DNA of 64,000 nt from assembly GCF_036321535.1 (NCBI RefSeq), contig NC_087437.1, positions 75,704,001 to 75,768,000 of the forward strand, in the 5' to 3' direction. The notes beneath the pieces are model-generated. The model searched no databases and was not told the DNA's origin. It saw only the letters and a list, made by a program, of their open reading frames with translations. The translations under genes and the position numbers were made by a program. Below, piece after piece: positions 1-13,894 of the stretch; the stretch's first letter is position 1, and every line of letters starts with the position of its first letter. The DNA comes from Camelus dromedarius. Its lineage: Eukaryota.

Positions 1-297
1 CACTGGGCTTGGCTGTAAAAGCCTTCTCACTGGACTTTCTACATCCAGCAGAGCCACCTCACATGGGGGCAGAGATCTAACATTACACACCCCTGCTTAA
101 AATTCTTTCAGGGCGCTCTGTTGTCTACAAAGTGTAGTCAAAACAGGGTGGACAAGCTCCTCCCTGCTCCGACCCTGCCTCCCACCACACAACCCTTTTT
201 GCACTTTGTGCTCTGGTTATACCAAGTCACGGGTTGTTTCCCAGAAAGACTCTTCTGAGATGTCATATCTTCACGCCTGCAATTTCCTTTGTCTAGA

Positions 298-430
298 ACT
301 TTGCTGCTCAAAGTGCGGTGCATGAACCAGCAGCATCAGCATCACCCAGGAGATTATTACTGAATCCGAATCCACATTTTAACAAAATGCCCAGGTAGTT
401 CTTATTCACATTAAAATTTTAGAGTCCTGC
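298..430. mobile_element. MER5-like hAT-Charlie fossil, internally deleted
   Basis: ctcaaagtgcggt...cagcagcatcagcatcacc...cattttaacaa...cccaggt motifs typical of MER5. Confidence 0.65.
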
Positions 431-2999
431 CTAGAATGCTGTCTCCACCTACTTTGTCCATCTCATTGGTTTTCACTCTAGAGACCTAATGTCCTCTTCT
501 TATGTATTAAAAAATTAAACTGCTCTGTACTATCTTGCAATAAACATCGTGGATAACACATCTACACTCATAATTTTTAAAAATCCAATATAATACTTTA
601 ACTGTATATGAAAAAAATGCAAGTGGTATAGAATATGATTTGTTTCTGTGTGTAAATGCTTGGGTACAACTACACTCAAAGATATAACAAAGTAATGAAA
701 TGTTTGCATGGAACTACTGGGGATTGACAGATACAAATGAAGACTGATTCAGGTATATTGTATTGGTGACACAAATACCGGGAGCAATGAGAAAGTAATG
801 CGACTGTTTAGGATGGTGTGTGACTCCTGGCAAAATTCCCAAAAGAGCAAAACGTAATCTTTCTTTGATCCATAAGGGAGTTGTATTCCTGGAAATGCAG
901 TTTTTATTAAAACTATGCAAAGTTTACTTTCTGTTTATATGTGACATGAGTTGGGTTTGGGGCTCAGATAATTATAACCAGATTTTCACCTAGATGAATG
1001 TCTGGTAGGACACTCAACCATCATGTTGGATGCAGAATGGGTCTTTGTTATTTAGAACCAAACCACGCAGAGCAAGACCTCTAGCATCTCTGGCCTTCAT
1101 CCACTAAATGCCAGAGCTGTCCTCCCATCAATGACCACCTATAATGCCCCCTAAGGTTTTCAAACTCCTGAAGGGACAATACCTTCTGAGAGCTATTGGC
1201 TGGCCTGATCCACTCTAGCGCTGCCTTTAAGCCTCCATCACCCTCATCACAGTCCCCTCTCAATCCCTGGTGCCCCCTGGCTCTTTCCGTCCATGACCCT
1301 TGGCTCCCTTGAATGTAGTTCTGGTCCAGCCTCTTGCAGTGCAGGAGGAGGTGTGAAGGGCAGAAATGCTCTTAATCACCTTCGTCCCTGCCCAGGAGCT
1401 CACACAATCTCAAATGGAATAAATGCTCGACAAAGGTTGATGAATAAATGGTTTAAAAGACAAAAAACAAAATACAAAGAATAACTCAGAGTATGTAGAT
1501 TAGAGATATTGTCATCCATAACAAAGGAATGTTTTCTGATCTATCTACTTTATCCTGACATGACAAAAAACAATGCTCTTCTCAGAGTATTCGAAATGAA
1601 TATCATGAGGGTTTTCCCCGCTAATATATTGAGTATAGCACTTGGGCCTTGAGGAAATGTACCACTGAAAAAATATACTCCTTTAGTTCAAAGGTCTTGA
1701 ATATATTTGTACTTTTAGGGGTGGGTTGTGAGGATGGTGATAAAAAAATTTAAAAGGATTTGCTTCTGACAGTTGTAATAGTTAAGAATGACAACATTTA
1801 CATCTGCCTGATTCTCTGTCCCAGAGTATGCCACAGTTCCTGGTGTGTCTAGGCACGTAATACACGTTTGTTGAATGAATGAATGCACGCATATATAAAT
1901 GAAACAATCTATATTTCCATTTGTTCTGAGCTTCGGAATTTTTATTAAAATTACTAAGCTTTAGGGAAGTAAAATATGTTACAGAAAGCAACCACGAAGG
2001 GTTTCCCTTCCCATCGTGGAGTGAATGCAGTCTTTGAGGCACTGAGGACTCTCGGTCAGGGAATGCTGTGACCTCCGGAACCTAGCACAAAGGTGGCCTT
2101 TTTTGTTTTCCTCCTTCCCTTCATGGGTTTCGGGAGCCGGTGCCAGCTGAGTCTAGATGGTGCGCGCTTTCCACTCGAATGAAACATTCCCTGCCCTCCG
2201 TTCTGGGAGCTCCACTCTGCTGCCTCCATCTGCTGCTCTGATAAATGCTCATATTTTAAATATATTACTATCAGCTCACTCCCAAAGTGGTTTGCCAGCT
2301 CTCCACACAGCAAACAACCTCGCTGGCACTGAGCCACTTCTTGGGTGGGAAGAATTTGGGCAGATGAAAAACATAGTTCCCAGGGAGGAGAGATGAGAGA
2401 GAAGAGGAGGGGAAGTTGCCTGGAGAAGCTAATGACAAAGACCGCGTCTGTGTCCGTGGGTCCCCAGGGGTCGTCAGTGTCAGCACCCGGCTCCGGGGTA
2501 TCTAGGCAGAGGGTGAGTGTGTCTGAAGTGTGGCTGTGCTGAGAGTGGAGTGGAGGTGAGGTTGAAGAAGATGCCTTGCTTTTTCTCGGAAAACAAACTG
2601 AACATTCTTAGCCTGGTCGCTGATGACACTCCACTACCGATAACCTCCAGGAAACTAAGATACACAGGAATTTGCCTCCAGCCCCCAAAGCCTCCCCCAG
2701 CACATCCACCATATATGCCATTCTTCCAAGTCCCCCTGCTAGCTTCAGCTGGCAATTGCCTCCTTTGCAGTGTTTCTCCCTTCCAGCAACTGATCTCTAG
2801 CTAGCATAATCGCCAATTGCATTTGGGGAAGATGGAGTAATGCAGTGTGGAAGGTCTCCCTGAAGGATACGATCACAGCAGAAGCCACTTGGGTAGATGT
2901 TCGCTCTCTCACGGTTGTGGAATCACAGGATATTAGAACTAGAAGGAGAGTCAGGGAATATCCAATCCCATTCCTTTATCCTAATAGCATCTTACATTT

Positions 3000-4020
3000 T
3001 CATTTCCCAAACCACCTCCTGATATCCCTCCTCTCAATCCTACCCCAAACCTCCCTGCTAGGTTTTCTCCATTTATTTAATTCAGCAGTGGTGACTCTAT
3101 TTCTCCAGTTTTTCAAGCCTTGGAGTCATCTTTGGTTTCTCTCCTTGGTTTCCTTGGATCTCTCACACCACCCCTGCACCCCAATCTGGTCTGACAGCAA
3201 GTCCTGTGGGCTCCACCTTCAAAATGTAGCTCATATCTGACCCCTTCTTGTCAACTTCACTGCTACAACCCTGGTCCAGGCCACCTTCATCTCTCCTATG
3301 GATTATTCCAACGACCCAAGGATCAGCATGGGCCAAATCTGGCCTGCCACCTGTTTTTGTAATTAAAGTTTTATTGAAACACAGCCACATTCATTAGTTT
3401 ATCTTGTGCTCCAACAGGATCATCAAAAAGTTGCAACAGAAGCCTCATGACCTACTAATGACATTTACCATCTCTGGCCAACCCCAGTCAAGTCTTATAA
3501 GGCCCTGTGTGAACTGAACCCTCCACCCATGATTGTCTGCCCTTTCCCCTGCTGTTCTCCCCATGTGCTCACTCTCATCTGCCCACGCTGTCCACTCTCC
3601 CCAGAACCCCTACTTCCTCCAACCCCCTGCTCTTCCTCAAATGAGCCAGGCAGGCTCCTGAAGCTGGACCTTGCGTTTTACTGTCCCCTCTGCTGGAAAT
3701 GATCTCCTTGTTGACACTGGCGGGGCTTACTTCCTCTTTACTTTTTACTCAAACGTCACCTTCTGGTGAGCCTTCTCTGATCCCCTTATTTAAAACGGCC
3801 CTCCTTCCCAGCCCCTCTCAGTGCTTTCCTCTTCTCCACAGCTCTATCCCCACTTAACGCACCACACTTCCCTTATGAATAGTGTCTGTCATCTCTCTCC
3901 ACCTCCCCGCTAAAACGCAAGCTCCTTCAGGGCAGGGTTCCGTCTGGTCTGCTTTCCTGATATACCCACACGGTGCCTAGGCATGTACTAGGTGTGCAGT
4001 GTTTTTGAATAACGAAATAA
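3000..4020 (+). mobile_element. LINE-2 3' fragment interrupted by a MER58-like element
   Basis: ccttggagtcatc...ctccaccttcaaaat...ccctggtccaggccacc L2 motifs and an L2-type 3' end near 3980-4015. Confidence 0.75.
3320..3487. mobile_element. MER58-like DNA transposon fossil nested in L2
   Basis: gggccaaatctggcctgccacctgtttttgtaattaaagttttattgaaacacagccac. Confidence 0.7.
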
Positions 4021-5658
4021 ATCCCTGGAAACAGTGACGCTATAGCAAATGTGAAATGTGTCAGTGTCTCAACAAGGGTTTCTACAAACACTCCTGCCAA
4101 GGGAAGAGCCTGTAGGGGCTCCTGCCAGAAATGACCTGTGGACTCGGGGAGCTACCTTACTTCCCACTTTCCCACTTTCCTTTCTCCATCTTATCTCGTC
4201 CATGTAACTAGTGTCCTTATGCTATCCCTTGAGTCTACAGCTATAGTTTCTGTACTATTTCGGATTTCACTCTTTCTTTTCCATCTATCGTGATTAAAAC
4301 AGATCTCTCTGGCTTCTACCAAGACTCTGGCTCATTCTCTTCTAAGCTGATAGACTCATTAAAGCCCAAATATTAATGAATAATAATGTCTCTACCACCT
4401 AGAAAATAATTTGCATTTAAACAACTTTCAGTGCTTGAATCCAAAGAGGCCAGTGATGTGGGAATTCCCAGCAGGCTGAGGCCTGAGCCAGCTAGGGTTG
4501 CCATGAAGAGGGCCCTGGAGGAAAAATCAATTCACAGCCCATGGGCAGCTGTCCACTTTGCTTCTTCAGGGTGAATCCAGCCATGTACATCCCCACTAGA
4601 GTGAGTGCTCGAACAGATACACATACACAGGGTATCAATTAGAGGCACTGAGAATATCTTAACTTGCATGGAAATGAGCCTGTCACTTGTGATCTATGTA
4701 CACGCTTACATATATTACTATCGATTCCTTCCCTTAGTGCCTTGATAGCTTTTCATCTAGCTTACAGTCCCACTGGCACAAAGCTACTTCTTGGGGAGGA
4801 AAAGGAAGATGGATAGGCATAGACTCAGCCCCACAAAGAGCGGAGACAAGGAAAGGGGGGTGACTATTGGAGCACAAAGCACACGCATGTTCTACTGGCC
4901 CTTTGGGGCCATACTTACCATGCTCCAAAACACAGTAAGGGTCCTGAGTAAAGAAGGGGAAGAGGTAGAGAAATGCAACCTCTTCAACAAAAAAGGGCAA
5001 AAATAAAATTCTTGGTTCACAAGATTTTGTGCTGTGCAAGGAAACTGGTGGACTTTCTGCCAGACAAAATTAAGAGAATCATCTGAATAACTGAAGAAGA
5101 GGAATATATCCATTAGGAAATATGACTGGCTTGTCCATCTTCTTACACCTACAGAAGTAGGAGGGCTTGTTCATAGCCCTGGGACAAGACAGCCACTTAC
5201 CTCCCAGGGACAGAGCAGGTTAAGATGAGCTTTTACCCTTGTTTACCTGAACCAGCTCCAGGTGGTCTAGCCTTTGTGGCTATTGAAATGAATAAATCAT
5301 TTTCTTTGGAATCACGATAGAGTATGACTCGTTTCTCCCCTACTTTACACGCTGCCACGTAGGTGTCTCTGAATTTGTCATCCGGTGAAATGGGTACTAA
5401 TCTGTCGTCCCTCCAGGGACTCCCCCGTTTTCATTTACTACAGTCTCTAGGCAAAGAGGCATAATTATGAAACCATATGGAAGATTTCTACATTTTATCA
5501 AAATGGCATCTTTTGTAAGTGGAAACTCATAAGAGATTAGCACAGATTTCAGGTCCTAAGTGCCTTGATGGACACACAAGAAAGGCTGTTTGTAAACTAC
5601 GATGAAACCAGTTTCTTAACTTCTAAACCCACTAAATATAGGACTAAAGAGATCCTCA

Positions 5659-6070
5659 TCATGCTTAGTGAAGTGAGCCAGAAAGAGAAGGAAAAATACC
5701 ACATGAGATCACTTCTATATGGAATCTAAAAAAAAAAAAAAAAAAAAGGACACAAATGAACTTATTTACAAAACAGGGACAGACACACAGACATAGAAAA
5801 CAAACTTATGGTTACCAGGGGTCGGGGGGAAGAGGGTGGGGAGGGATAAACTGGCAGTCCGGATCTATAGATACTAACTACTACATATAAAATAGATAAG
5901 CAACAAGGTCCTACTGTACAGCACAGGGAACTATATTCAATACTTTGCAATGGCCTATAATGAAAAAGAATAGGAAAAGGAATATACATATGTATAAATG
6001 AATCACTATCCTGCACACTAGAAATTAACAGAACATTGTAAACCGACTATACTTCAATTAAAAAAAAAAA
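5659..6070 (+). mobile_element. 5'-truncated young L1 3' end with poly(A) and perfect 16-bp TSD
   Basis: L1 ORF2-end/3'UTR sequence with G-rich tract; TSD ACTAAAGAGATCCTCA at 5643-5658 and 6071-6086. Confidence 0.92.
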
Positions 6071-6429
6071 ACTAAAGAGATCCTCAAGCCACTAGGAAGC
6101 ACACATTGGTTTCTCTCAAAACAAAGGTAGGATATGTGCTCCTTCACCATGAGATGTCAGAGAAATGCTGCTTCCAGGTGAGAGGCTTCTCTTGGAGCTG
6201 AATGATTTTATGTCCAGGCTGCCTCCACAGCCCAACTAGCGCTTGTGACCTACAGCTAATACAAAATGCCCAGAGGGCCAGGAGATTACTGGGGTTCCCA
6301 GGGAGTCTCCGCTGTACCATAGGCGGGTCTTTCCCACCATATTAAAGGGGACAAACAAGCTGACGTATTTTTTCCAAGATAGACGACATCCTAGGCAGGC
6401 CACCTGACTTTTGAGGTGGCTATAAGCTG

Positions 6430-6606
6430 GTGGCTATCAAACTCTAGTTTGCACCACAATCTCCTGGAAGACTCCCTAAAACACAAGTTGCTAGGCCCTA
6501 CTCCAGAGTTTTTGGGATAAAGCCCAAGAGTTTGCATTTCAACAAGTTCCCAGGTGCTGTGCGGGCTGCCAATCCAGGCACCACACTTGGAGAACCACCC
6601 CTCTAA
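6430..6606. mobile_element. MER5A-like hAT fossil
   Basis: gtttgcatttcaacaagttcccaggtg...accacacttggagaaccac. Confidence 0.7.
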
Positions 6607-7631
6607 GCACAGTGTTTCTGACTTTTCCTTTTCCTCCTACTTGTGGGAACTATGACTGGGGGGAGAGTGGACGCTGTGGCTGCAACAGCAGTTGGCAGTG
6701 GGCGCCTTCAAGCCCAGGCTGCCGTTCAAGACAGACAGGTAAGTGAGGTGAAAGGCACGTAGAACCAGGCAAACGTTCTCATGATTCCAAATATGTGCAT
6801 CTGCTTTGTCTGGCAGTTTGATCCTAGTTCATCCACTTCACTTTTAAAGCCCATCTGATGGTCGTCTGAGTCCCTGGCCCACACCCATAGCAATTAGAGC
6901 AGCATTAGAGGAAAGCAGATTGGCAGATGCCCCCAGAGAACTCCTGTAGCATCAATAAGCAAGCTTCATGAGGCATGGTGTCTTGAGTAATTCTGCACTG
7001 TGGCCATGGTAGGGCAGGGAGGGGCACACCTGGAGAGCGCCAGTTCAGATGGAGAACAAAGGTTCCTGGGCAGGCATTCCTGGCTGCCACAGGTGGGGAA
7101 CTCTTCTGAAACTGGAGACCAGACTGTCAGCCTGAGATGTACACAGCTACTTTCAAAGAACACCCATGGGCTCTGGCATTCATTCTTTTTCCTAGAAAAC
7201 TTGCTAAGGCTATAAAAGACGGTCTTTAAAACTTCTTTCTTTCTACACCTTGGCCCAAAGAGGAGGAAAGTGCTGCCAGTGGAGCTGGGACTAAGAGGAA
7301 CAGTGGTTTTCGTTAACACTAGGATTCAAGGGGGGTTTTGTATGTAAGGCAGGAAATGGGGAGCTGCCTTAGCTGCTGGAAATATCTCTGAAGGGCTGGA
7401 CTGTGGTCATCAAATACTTTAGATGGTATCCCTTCAGGAGAGATGACACATTTATTTCTATTCTAGTCATGTTCCCTTTGTAGGTCAGCTGGGGCTCTGC
7501 TTTGTTTCATCTTCACCCCAGGACCCAGGCTGAGGGAGCAGCCGCTGTCTGGAGCACTGCTGATTGCCATGCAGGAGGGAAAGAGAGAGGCAAATCTTAG
7601 GCTTTTGCTCAGAACGAACACATTTTATTGG

Positions 7632-8074
7632 CTACAGTGGGTTGAAGACTAGTCTCTCCAAATTCACGTCCACTCCTGGAACCTCAGAATGTGATCTTTT
7701 TTAGAAATATGACCCTTGAAGATGTATTTGGTTAAGGATCTGGAGATGATATCGTACTAAATTTAGGATGGGTCCTAACTCTAATGATTGGTGTCCTTAT
7801 TAAAAGAGAGGACATACAGAAAGAGCAGAAGGGCATCTGGAGACAGAGGCAGGGGATGGAGTGTTGCAGCTCAAGCCAAGGAGTGTCAGGATCTACCAGA
7901 AGCTAGGAAGAGGTAAGAAAGGACTCTTCTCTAGAGCCTTCAGAGAGAGCATGATTCTGCCGACACCTTGATTTCAGACTTCTCGCCCCTAGAACTATGA
8001 AAGAATAAATTTCTCTGGTTTTAAGCCCCCTTGTTTATGGTCATTTGTGAGGGCAGCTCTAGGAAATTAATGCA
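7632..8074 (+). mobile_element. MaLR solo LTR (MLT1A/B-like)
   Basis: gaacctcagaatgtgatc...gacaccttgatttcagacttct...agaataaatttctctggttttaagcc...gcagctctaggaaattaat. Confidence 0.8.
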
Positions 8075-8114
8075 CTGGGCAAAGTTAGCCACACTAATTT
8101 CAAGGTTGGTTGGG

Positions 8115-8562
8115 GGGACCATCTTGCACTAATGTACAGTCTCCTCAAGATCAACTCTCCACCCTTCCAAACTCTGCTGAGACTGGAAAGCTGAGCTTCA
8201 AGAACTGCATGAGCAGACCCTGTCCCCTCTGGCTTCTGGCTGAGACTCCCACAGCAGGAGTCCAGAGGGTAGGAGAGAGTCAAGTCTGAGTACTGACTTT
8301 ACCACCTTCCTCTCTACCAGGCAGGTGGTAGCTGGGTTCTTCTGTCAAAGGCCACAGCTCATGTCCAGCAGCCCTCCTTCAGCTTCTCCTTTCTTCTTCT
8401 GGTAATGGGGCAGCAGTTACTGTTAGCTGACAGCACTTGGCCACTCCTTGTCAGTTTCTCTTAACCCTTCCCACATTCTGGTAAACAGTCCCTTTATCAA
8501 TCTCCTGTAAATAACTTCATTTGAGTGTGCCACCTGTTTTCTGCTGATACCCAGGGGATACA
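8115..8562 (+). mobile_element. ERVL-type solo LTR (LTR33-like)
   Basis: 3' end taaacagtccctttatc...ttgagtgtgccacctgttttctgctg...gataca. Confidence 0.55.
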
Positions 8563-8891
8563 CTTATCTGGTACCTAGAAGGGGAACTGGAAATTTGGTG
8601 GATACAGTGGTAACTGCCTCACTTTTAGTTGAGAAGTGCCAGTAAAACAATTGTTGGAATAGCAGTGAGAGTGACAGATCACACGATTGCTTTGCTCCCA
8701 CTATTTCTTCTCTCTAGAAGAGGAAGGAGGGTGAGCGCTGAAGCAAGATTAAACTCCAGCTCCACCATTTACTACCTATGATATACCCCTCTCTGAATCA
8801 CAGTTTCTTCACATGCACAGTAGGTATAACAATGCTTCCCTTTCTGGGCTGTTATGAGGGTTGAGGGACATAACCATGAAAGGAACCTAAC

Positions 8892-9521
8892 TGTGGTAGG
8901 CAGAATAGTGCCTCCCAAAGATTTCCGAGTCCTAATCGCTGGGAATCTTCGAAAATGTTACTTTACATGGCAAAAGAGACTTTATAGCTGTGATTAAGGT
9001 TACAGACCTTAAAATAGGGAGATTATCCGGGATTACCCGAGGGGCCCCAATCTAATCACTTGAGCACTTAAAAGTAGAAGAGGAAGGCAGAAGAATCAGT
9101 CACACAAATGTGGCAGAGGGGGCGGCAGAAGAGATACGACAGCATAAGAAGGATGTTGTGCACCTTTGCTAGTTCTGACATGTTTGGAGATGGCGTGCAA
9201 CTGCACACAATGGCCCAGAAGAGGCCTCTAGATGCTAAGGGTCCCCCCTAGATGGCAGCCAGCAAGGAAATGTGGACCTCAGTCCTATAGATACTGAATT
9301 CTGCCAACCGCCTGAATGATCCTGGAAGTGGATTCTCCCCTAGAGCCTTCAGAAGGAAAAGCAGCCCAGTCAATGCCTCGATTTTGGCCTCGTGAGACCA
9401 GACAGAGAAACCAGCTGAGCCCACTGGACTTCTGACCTACAGAACTGTGAGATCACAAACGCGTGTTGTCTTAAGCTCCCATATTGGTGGTAATTTGTTC
9501 CGGCAGCAATAGAAAATAATA
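8892..9521 (+). mobile_element. MaLR solo LTR (MLT1D/E-like) inserted in a MIR
   Basis: Starts tgtggtaggcagaat, ends gcagcaatagaaaataatac; MIR-like flanks at about 8740-8890 and 9522-9570. Confidence 0.8.
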
Positions 9522-10359
9522 CCCTAGCACAGTGAGGTCTTGGTGCATAGTATGACCCACTGCATGTATGTTATCTGCCCTCAAAGAGGTGAGTTAGGCA
9601 AGATACATGGGGCCTTCCCAGGACCCTGCATGTTATGTGCTCTTAGAGAAGTAAGCCTGCTGCGATTTTACAACCCAACCTAGAAGCTGCCTTTCTCTAA
9701 TGCTTCCAGCTGTCGTGAGTATGGGCTCCCCCACAGGAGTAGCCTCCAGCAGCAGCAGGAGGAGCAGGACATGCTGTGCTTCTCCCCGACCTCAGCAGAC
9801 AAGCCTGTGCACACGTGACATCCACAAGGAAATTCACACCAGATCAGACTCATCTCTCTGGTAGGATTTCTCTTACTTGAAACCTTCCTACCATCCTCCC
9901 ACCCTGAGGCAGATCATTTCCTGCTGCTGGAGCCTTCCTTCTGTTTCCCTAAGACAAGTCCATCTCTCCAACCACACGTCAGTATCTTCCAGCTGCCTAA
10001 CCAACCAAACCCAGTCCTTGCCCAGAGAGCACAGGCCTTCACTGCTACACTGCTCTACTTAATGACCAGGGCTCCTAGGCTTTAATAACTGGGTCAAGTT
10101 GAAATAACACCCTAGGGACACTGGGCTCCGGGCCAGGCGACAGAGATGTGGGTCCCTCAGCATTCAGTCACCAACAAAATGCACAGAAGAGTGAGAGGAT
10201 TAAGAACTGCCCACTGGACACAGAATCAAAATTGGAGACAGTCCAGCAACTCACAGTACTTTTTCAAGCCTCCAGACCAGCAACTGGGGATCCTTTGGAA
10301 ATAATTTTCACTGCCCTTCTAGGAGGCCTATCTCACTATAAGGCCGTAATAATAAGGGC

Positions 10360-10580
10360 TAATATTGATTATGCGCTTACTGTGCACCCGGCACTGCTCT
10401 GTGTGACTGTAAAAGCGTTAACATTAAATGCTCAAGGAAATTTGAAGAGTTAATTTCTATATTACTTTTATCACCTAGCTTTGAAAATGAGGAAACTAGG
10501 GCTCAGGAAGGTTAAGTAACTTCTCCAGGGTGACTGGTAGTCCACGGCTGGAGCTGGAACTGAAACCTAAGCTAAAATGT
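10360..10580 (-). mobile_element. MIR SINE
   Basis: Core atgaggaaactagggctcaggaaggttaagtaacttctccagggt. Confidence 0.7.
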
Positions 10581-13500
10581 TTCTGTAGACTATGTAGCAC
10601 ATTGATGTCTCCTGATTGATTTAACACACATACAGAGCCCTTAGATCTCAACCAGGCACTGTGCCAGACCCTGGAGATACAAATATACCCAGAAACATTT
10701 CACTTTTTTCCCAGCTAACACGGTAGAAAAGGAGACAGATATGTAGGAGAAATAGATATTGACACATTTTATAAGCAGCATGAACAGAAGTGTAATGGAA
10801 GAGGTTACCAGCTCTGCAAAGTGGCAGGGAGTTATGGGAAAGAGGAAAAGGAGGGTTGAGAAAGGCTGCTTGGAGGAGGTAAAATTTGGCCTTAAAGGAT
10901 GAGTTTGAGTTCTTTGGGTTGAAGGGAGAAGAAGAAAACATGGGGAAGGACATATGAAGCAGAGGGAACAGCTTGATTAAAGCACAGAAGCCAGAGAGCA
11001 GAATAGTCCCAGCATGGAAAGTGCCTGACCACAGCACGGAAGTCACATTAGCCAGAAGTGTTAAAAATACAAGAACTTCATTTAAAAAACCAACAAACCA
11101 ACCAACCAAACACAAAACCCCACAAACCCTGTATATTCAGAGACACTAAGAAGAGAGAGAATACTCATCATGTACTGCAACTAGCTTGATGATTGATAAG
11201 CCAAAAATTGGAACTTAGTGACTATAAACATGCCTGGTATATCAGATAAGTGTCAGGGTTAGTTTGATAGTTTAGCTCATAGGTTTTCAGTTCACTGGAC
11301 AGCCCTTTATGCTAGTACTTTGCCAGACACTCATGGAAGACAGAGTACCTGTCCTTGAGTGGTTTATTTATCATTCGTTCATTCATCTTTTTAACATCCA
11401 TTTGTGGGTGACCTACTACGCGCCAGGCAGTGGGGGTAGCAGTGAACACGACTCATGTGGTCTCCCCTCACTGGGCTTACAGTCTAGGAAAGAGCCACTA
11501 TTGAACAGGAAGACAGCCACACAAATGGGTACTTTCAATATAATAAGGTAACTGATACACACCAAACAAGACTAAAACACAGAGAAGGGGACTTTAATAG
11601 CGAGATTATCCTGGGCTTTGGTCTACTGCGGGATCCTTTGATGTAGGCCGACTTATGCAGAAAGGTGCATCCGGCTCAGCACAAAGCACAGGCCATGCAG
11701 AGTAGGTTCTGAGCTAACTCGCGGGAGTATCAGGAGATAATGCACGGCACTGCGTGGCACACCAGCATGGGCAAAAAGAAATGTCTAGCTGAATGAAAAT
11801 TACAGTGAGGATATCCCTGTATCACTATAAAATTTTAGGCAATTATCAATATGGACTATGGAGTAGGATGTAAATACAGTTTGGGGAGGAAGATAAAAGC
11901 AGATGTACTGTTAAGATGAAAGTGAAAGAAAGAGGAGTTGGCCATGAATTGAGAAGAGAAGTTTGTGAACATTTCCACTGGCCTTGGAGTCAGACCAGCC
12001 ACAATCCCCACCCTGAGCTTGTGAGCAAGCTTCACTTTCCTCATCTATAAAGGATAATGACAATGCTAAAAGGTAGCAATTGTTCTGGGGTTGTAAATGT
12101 ATCCATCTATAAAGGGGAAACAATAACATCTTTAATGTTATAGAGTGAAAAGAAAAAGTAGGAAAAAGGGGCCAAGGGAGGTAGATACAAACAAGGGAGA
12201 CAGAGAGAGAAGTATCACACAGAACCATAGGCCAAAAGCTCATTATCTTTCTTACCTTTGTTTCCTTTGTTTCCTCATCCCTAACGTGAAAATCATAATG
12301 CCTATGCCAAGGCTGTTATGGAGATTAACTTAGGTAATATACCTAATGTGTATTACCTCTGTTCAAAATGTTCTAAAATGTATTACTCCCTTGGCTTCCA
12401 CCCAAGAAAACCCCTCACGTGAAGATGAGCTCAAAATCCAAGTAAAAATGCTTACAAATGTTCAAAAAGAAACACAAATGTGAGATGGTTAGATACTAGA
12501 GAAGGGAGCCCAAGGTTATCTCAGAGAGAAGGTCATCAAACCTAGGCAGGTTGCTTTGGATTGTCTCTTGTGGCGCAGGCCTCCTCCTGCCCCATCATCA
12601 AAACACATCCCAGCTAGATTCCCAAGGACAGAGGTGATCACTCAGGTGGCCTGTCATTCACCTGACTTAAGTGTATTCCATTTTCTGCACAATGCCATTT
12701 TAAGCACACAGCCTCAGCAGCTCCCAGGATAAAACAGGACATCACTGATCTGTACCTCTGAAGGTTGGGGACAGTCCTTCCCAGTCACTCTTCAGCTTTA
12801 GGGAGGTTGGTTGATCTCAGGGACAGCTGACAGCCTTATTTAGCCAACCAGCTGCTCGGTGATACACAATGTCCCGAATGCTCAAAGTCTGATGGATGAT
12901 TCTTTTGTATCCATAGAAGCAGCAGTTGGAGGAGAATCCATTAGTCCCTTTGGTAGCCTCAGGGTGTCAATGAGGCTGCCGTTCTAATCATTACCACCAT
13001 AATTATTAACCATTGTTTTAGTGAGATATCTGCCAGGCAATTGTTTTTTTCTTTCTTTCTTTCTTTTTTGAATCATTAAAAAACAATCAAATTTCACTGG
13101 AGCAAGGCTTGCCTCAAGTCACATCAACACATTTATTAAACTCCTTCTGTTTGCCCAGTTCAACAGGAAGTCTTGCAGAAGTAGATACTTCAAATACTCT
13201 TCCTGTTTTTTTTTTTTTTTTAAATGATAATGCTGTGGAGAAGAGGTTTACACAACATAAATTATACGGAAAAGTTACATGGTATATATAACTGCTACAG
13301 AGGGTCAGAGAGTGGCATTTTTGTCCCCTGGATTTCATTTCTATGGGGATACAATGGAGGAGACGCCATGGGTAGATGATTTGGAGGAGAATATTGTGGT
13401 GGGAAATTGCTTTCTTTTCCAGCAATTAGGAGAAAAACAACCAAGAGAGTGGGCAGGATATGCACCCCCATTAGAGTAGCCACCGGAGCGTGACTTTTTG

Positions 13501-13894
13501 ACAAGTGTTTTCATCATTGAATATAAATGTTAAAGGAGTTCTAAAAGGGTTTTTGCTTCAAGATGAAGTGTGATTCAGTGAGATTCTCAAAGGCCTTGTC
13601 TATATTGTGGCTTGAAGCCACACTTTGAACCCATTTTCCAAGCATGCTAAACCCAAATAGCATAGAGGAATGCACATGGCTAGGTCACAAACCGGGCTCA
13701 ATGCACTACAGGAACAGATGTCTTGGATTCCTCTTCTAACATCTGCGACCGTACCTGATCGCCCCTGGGGTTTCAGCGCTAACCACATCTCAAAGTGTTT
13801 ATTTACCACCACGGGTGGAACTTGTGATACGAAAAGGTTAGAACAGCCTAGCTGCCCAACATCAGCATAGTTGCGAAAGCTTAATCTTATTTTT

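Noticed and set aside
530..940. AT-rich segment resembling an old DNA-transposon interior
   Set aside because: I could not assign a family or termini with confidence from the sequence alone.
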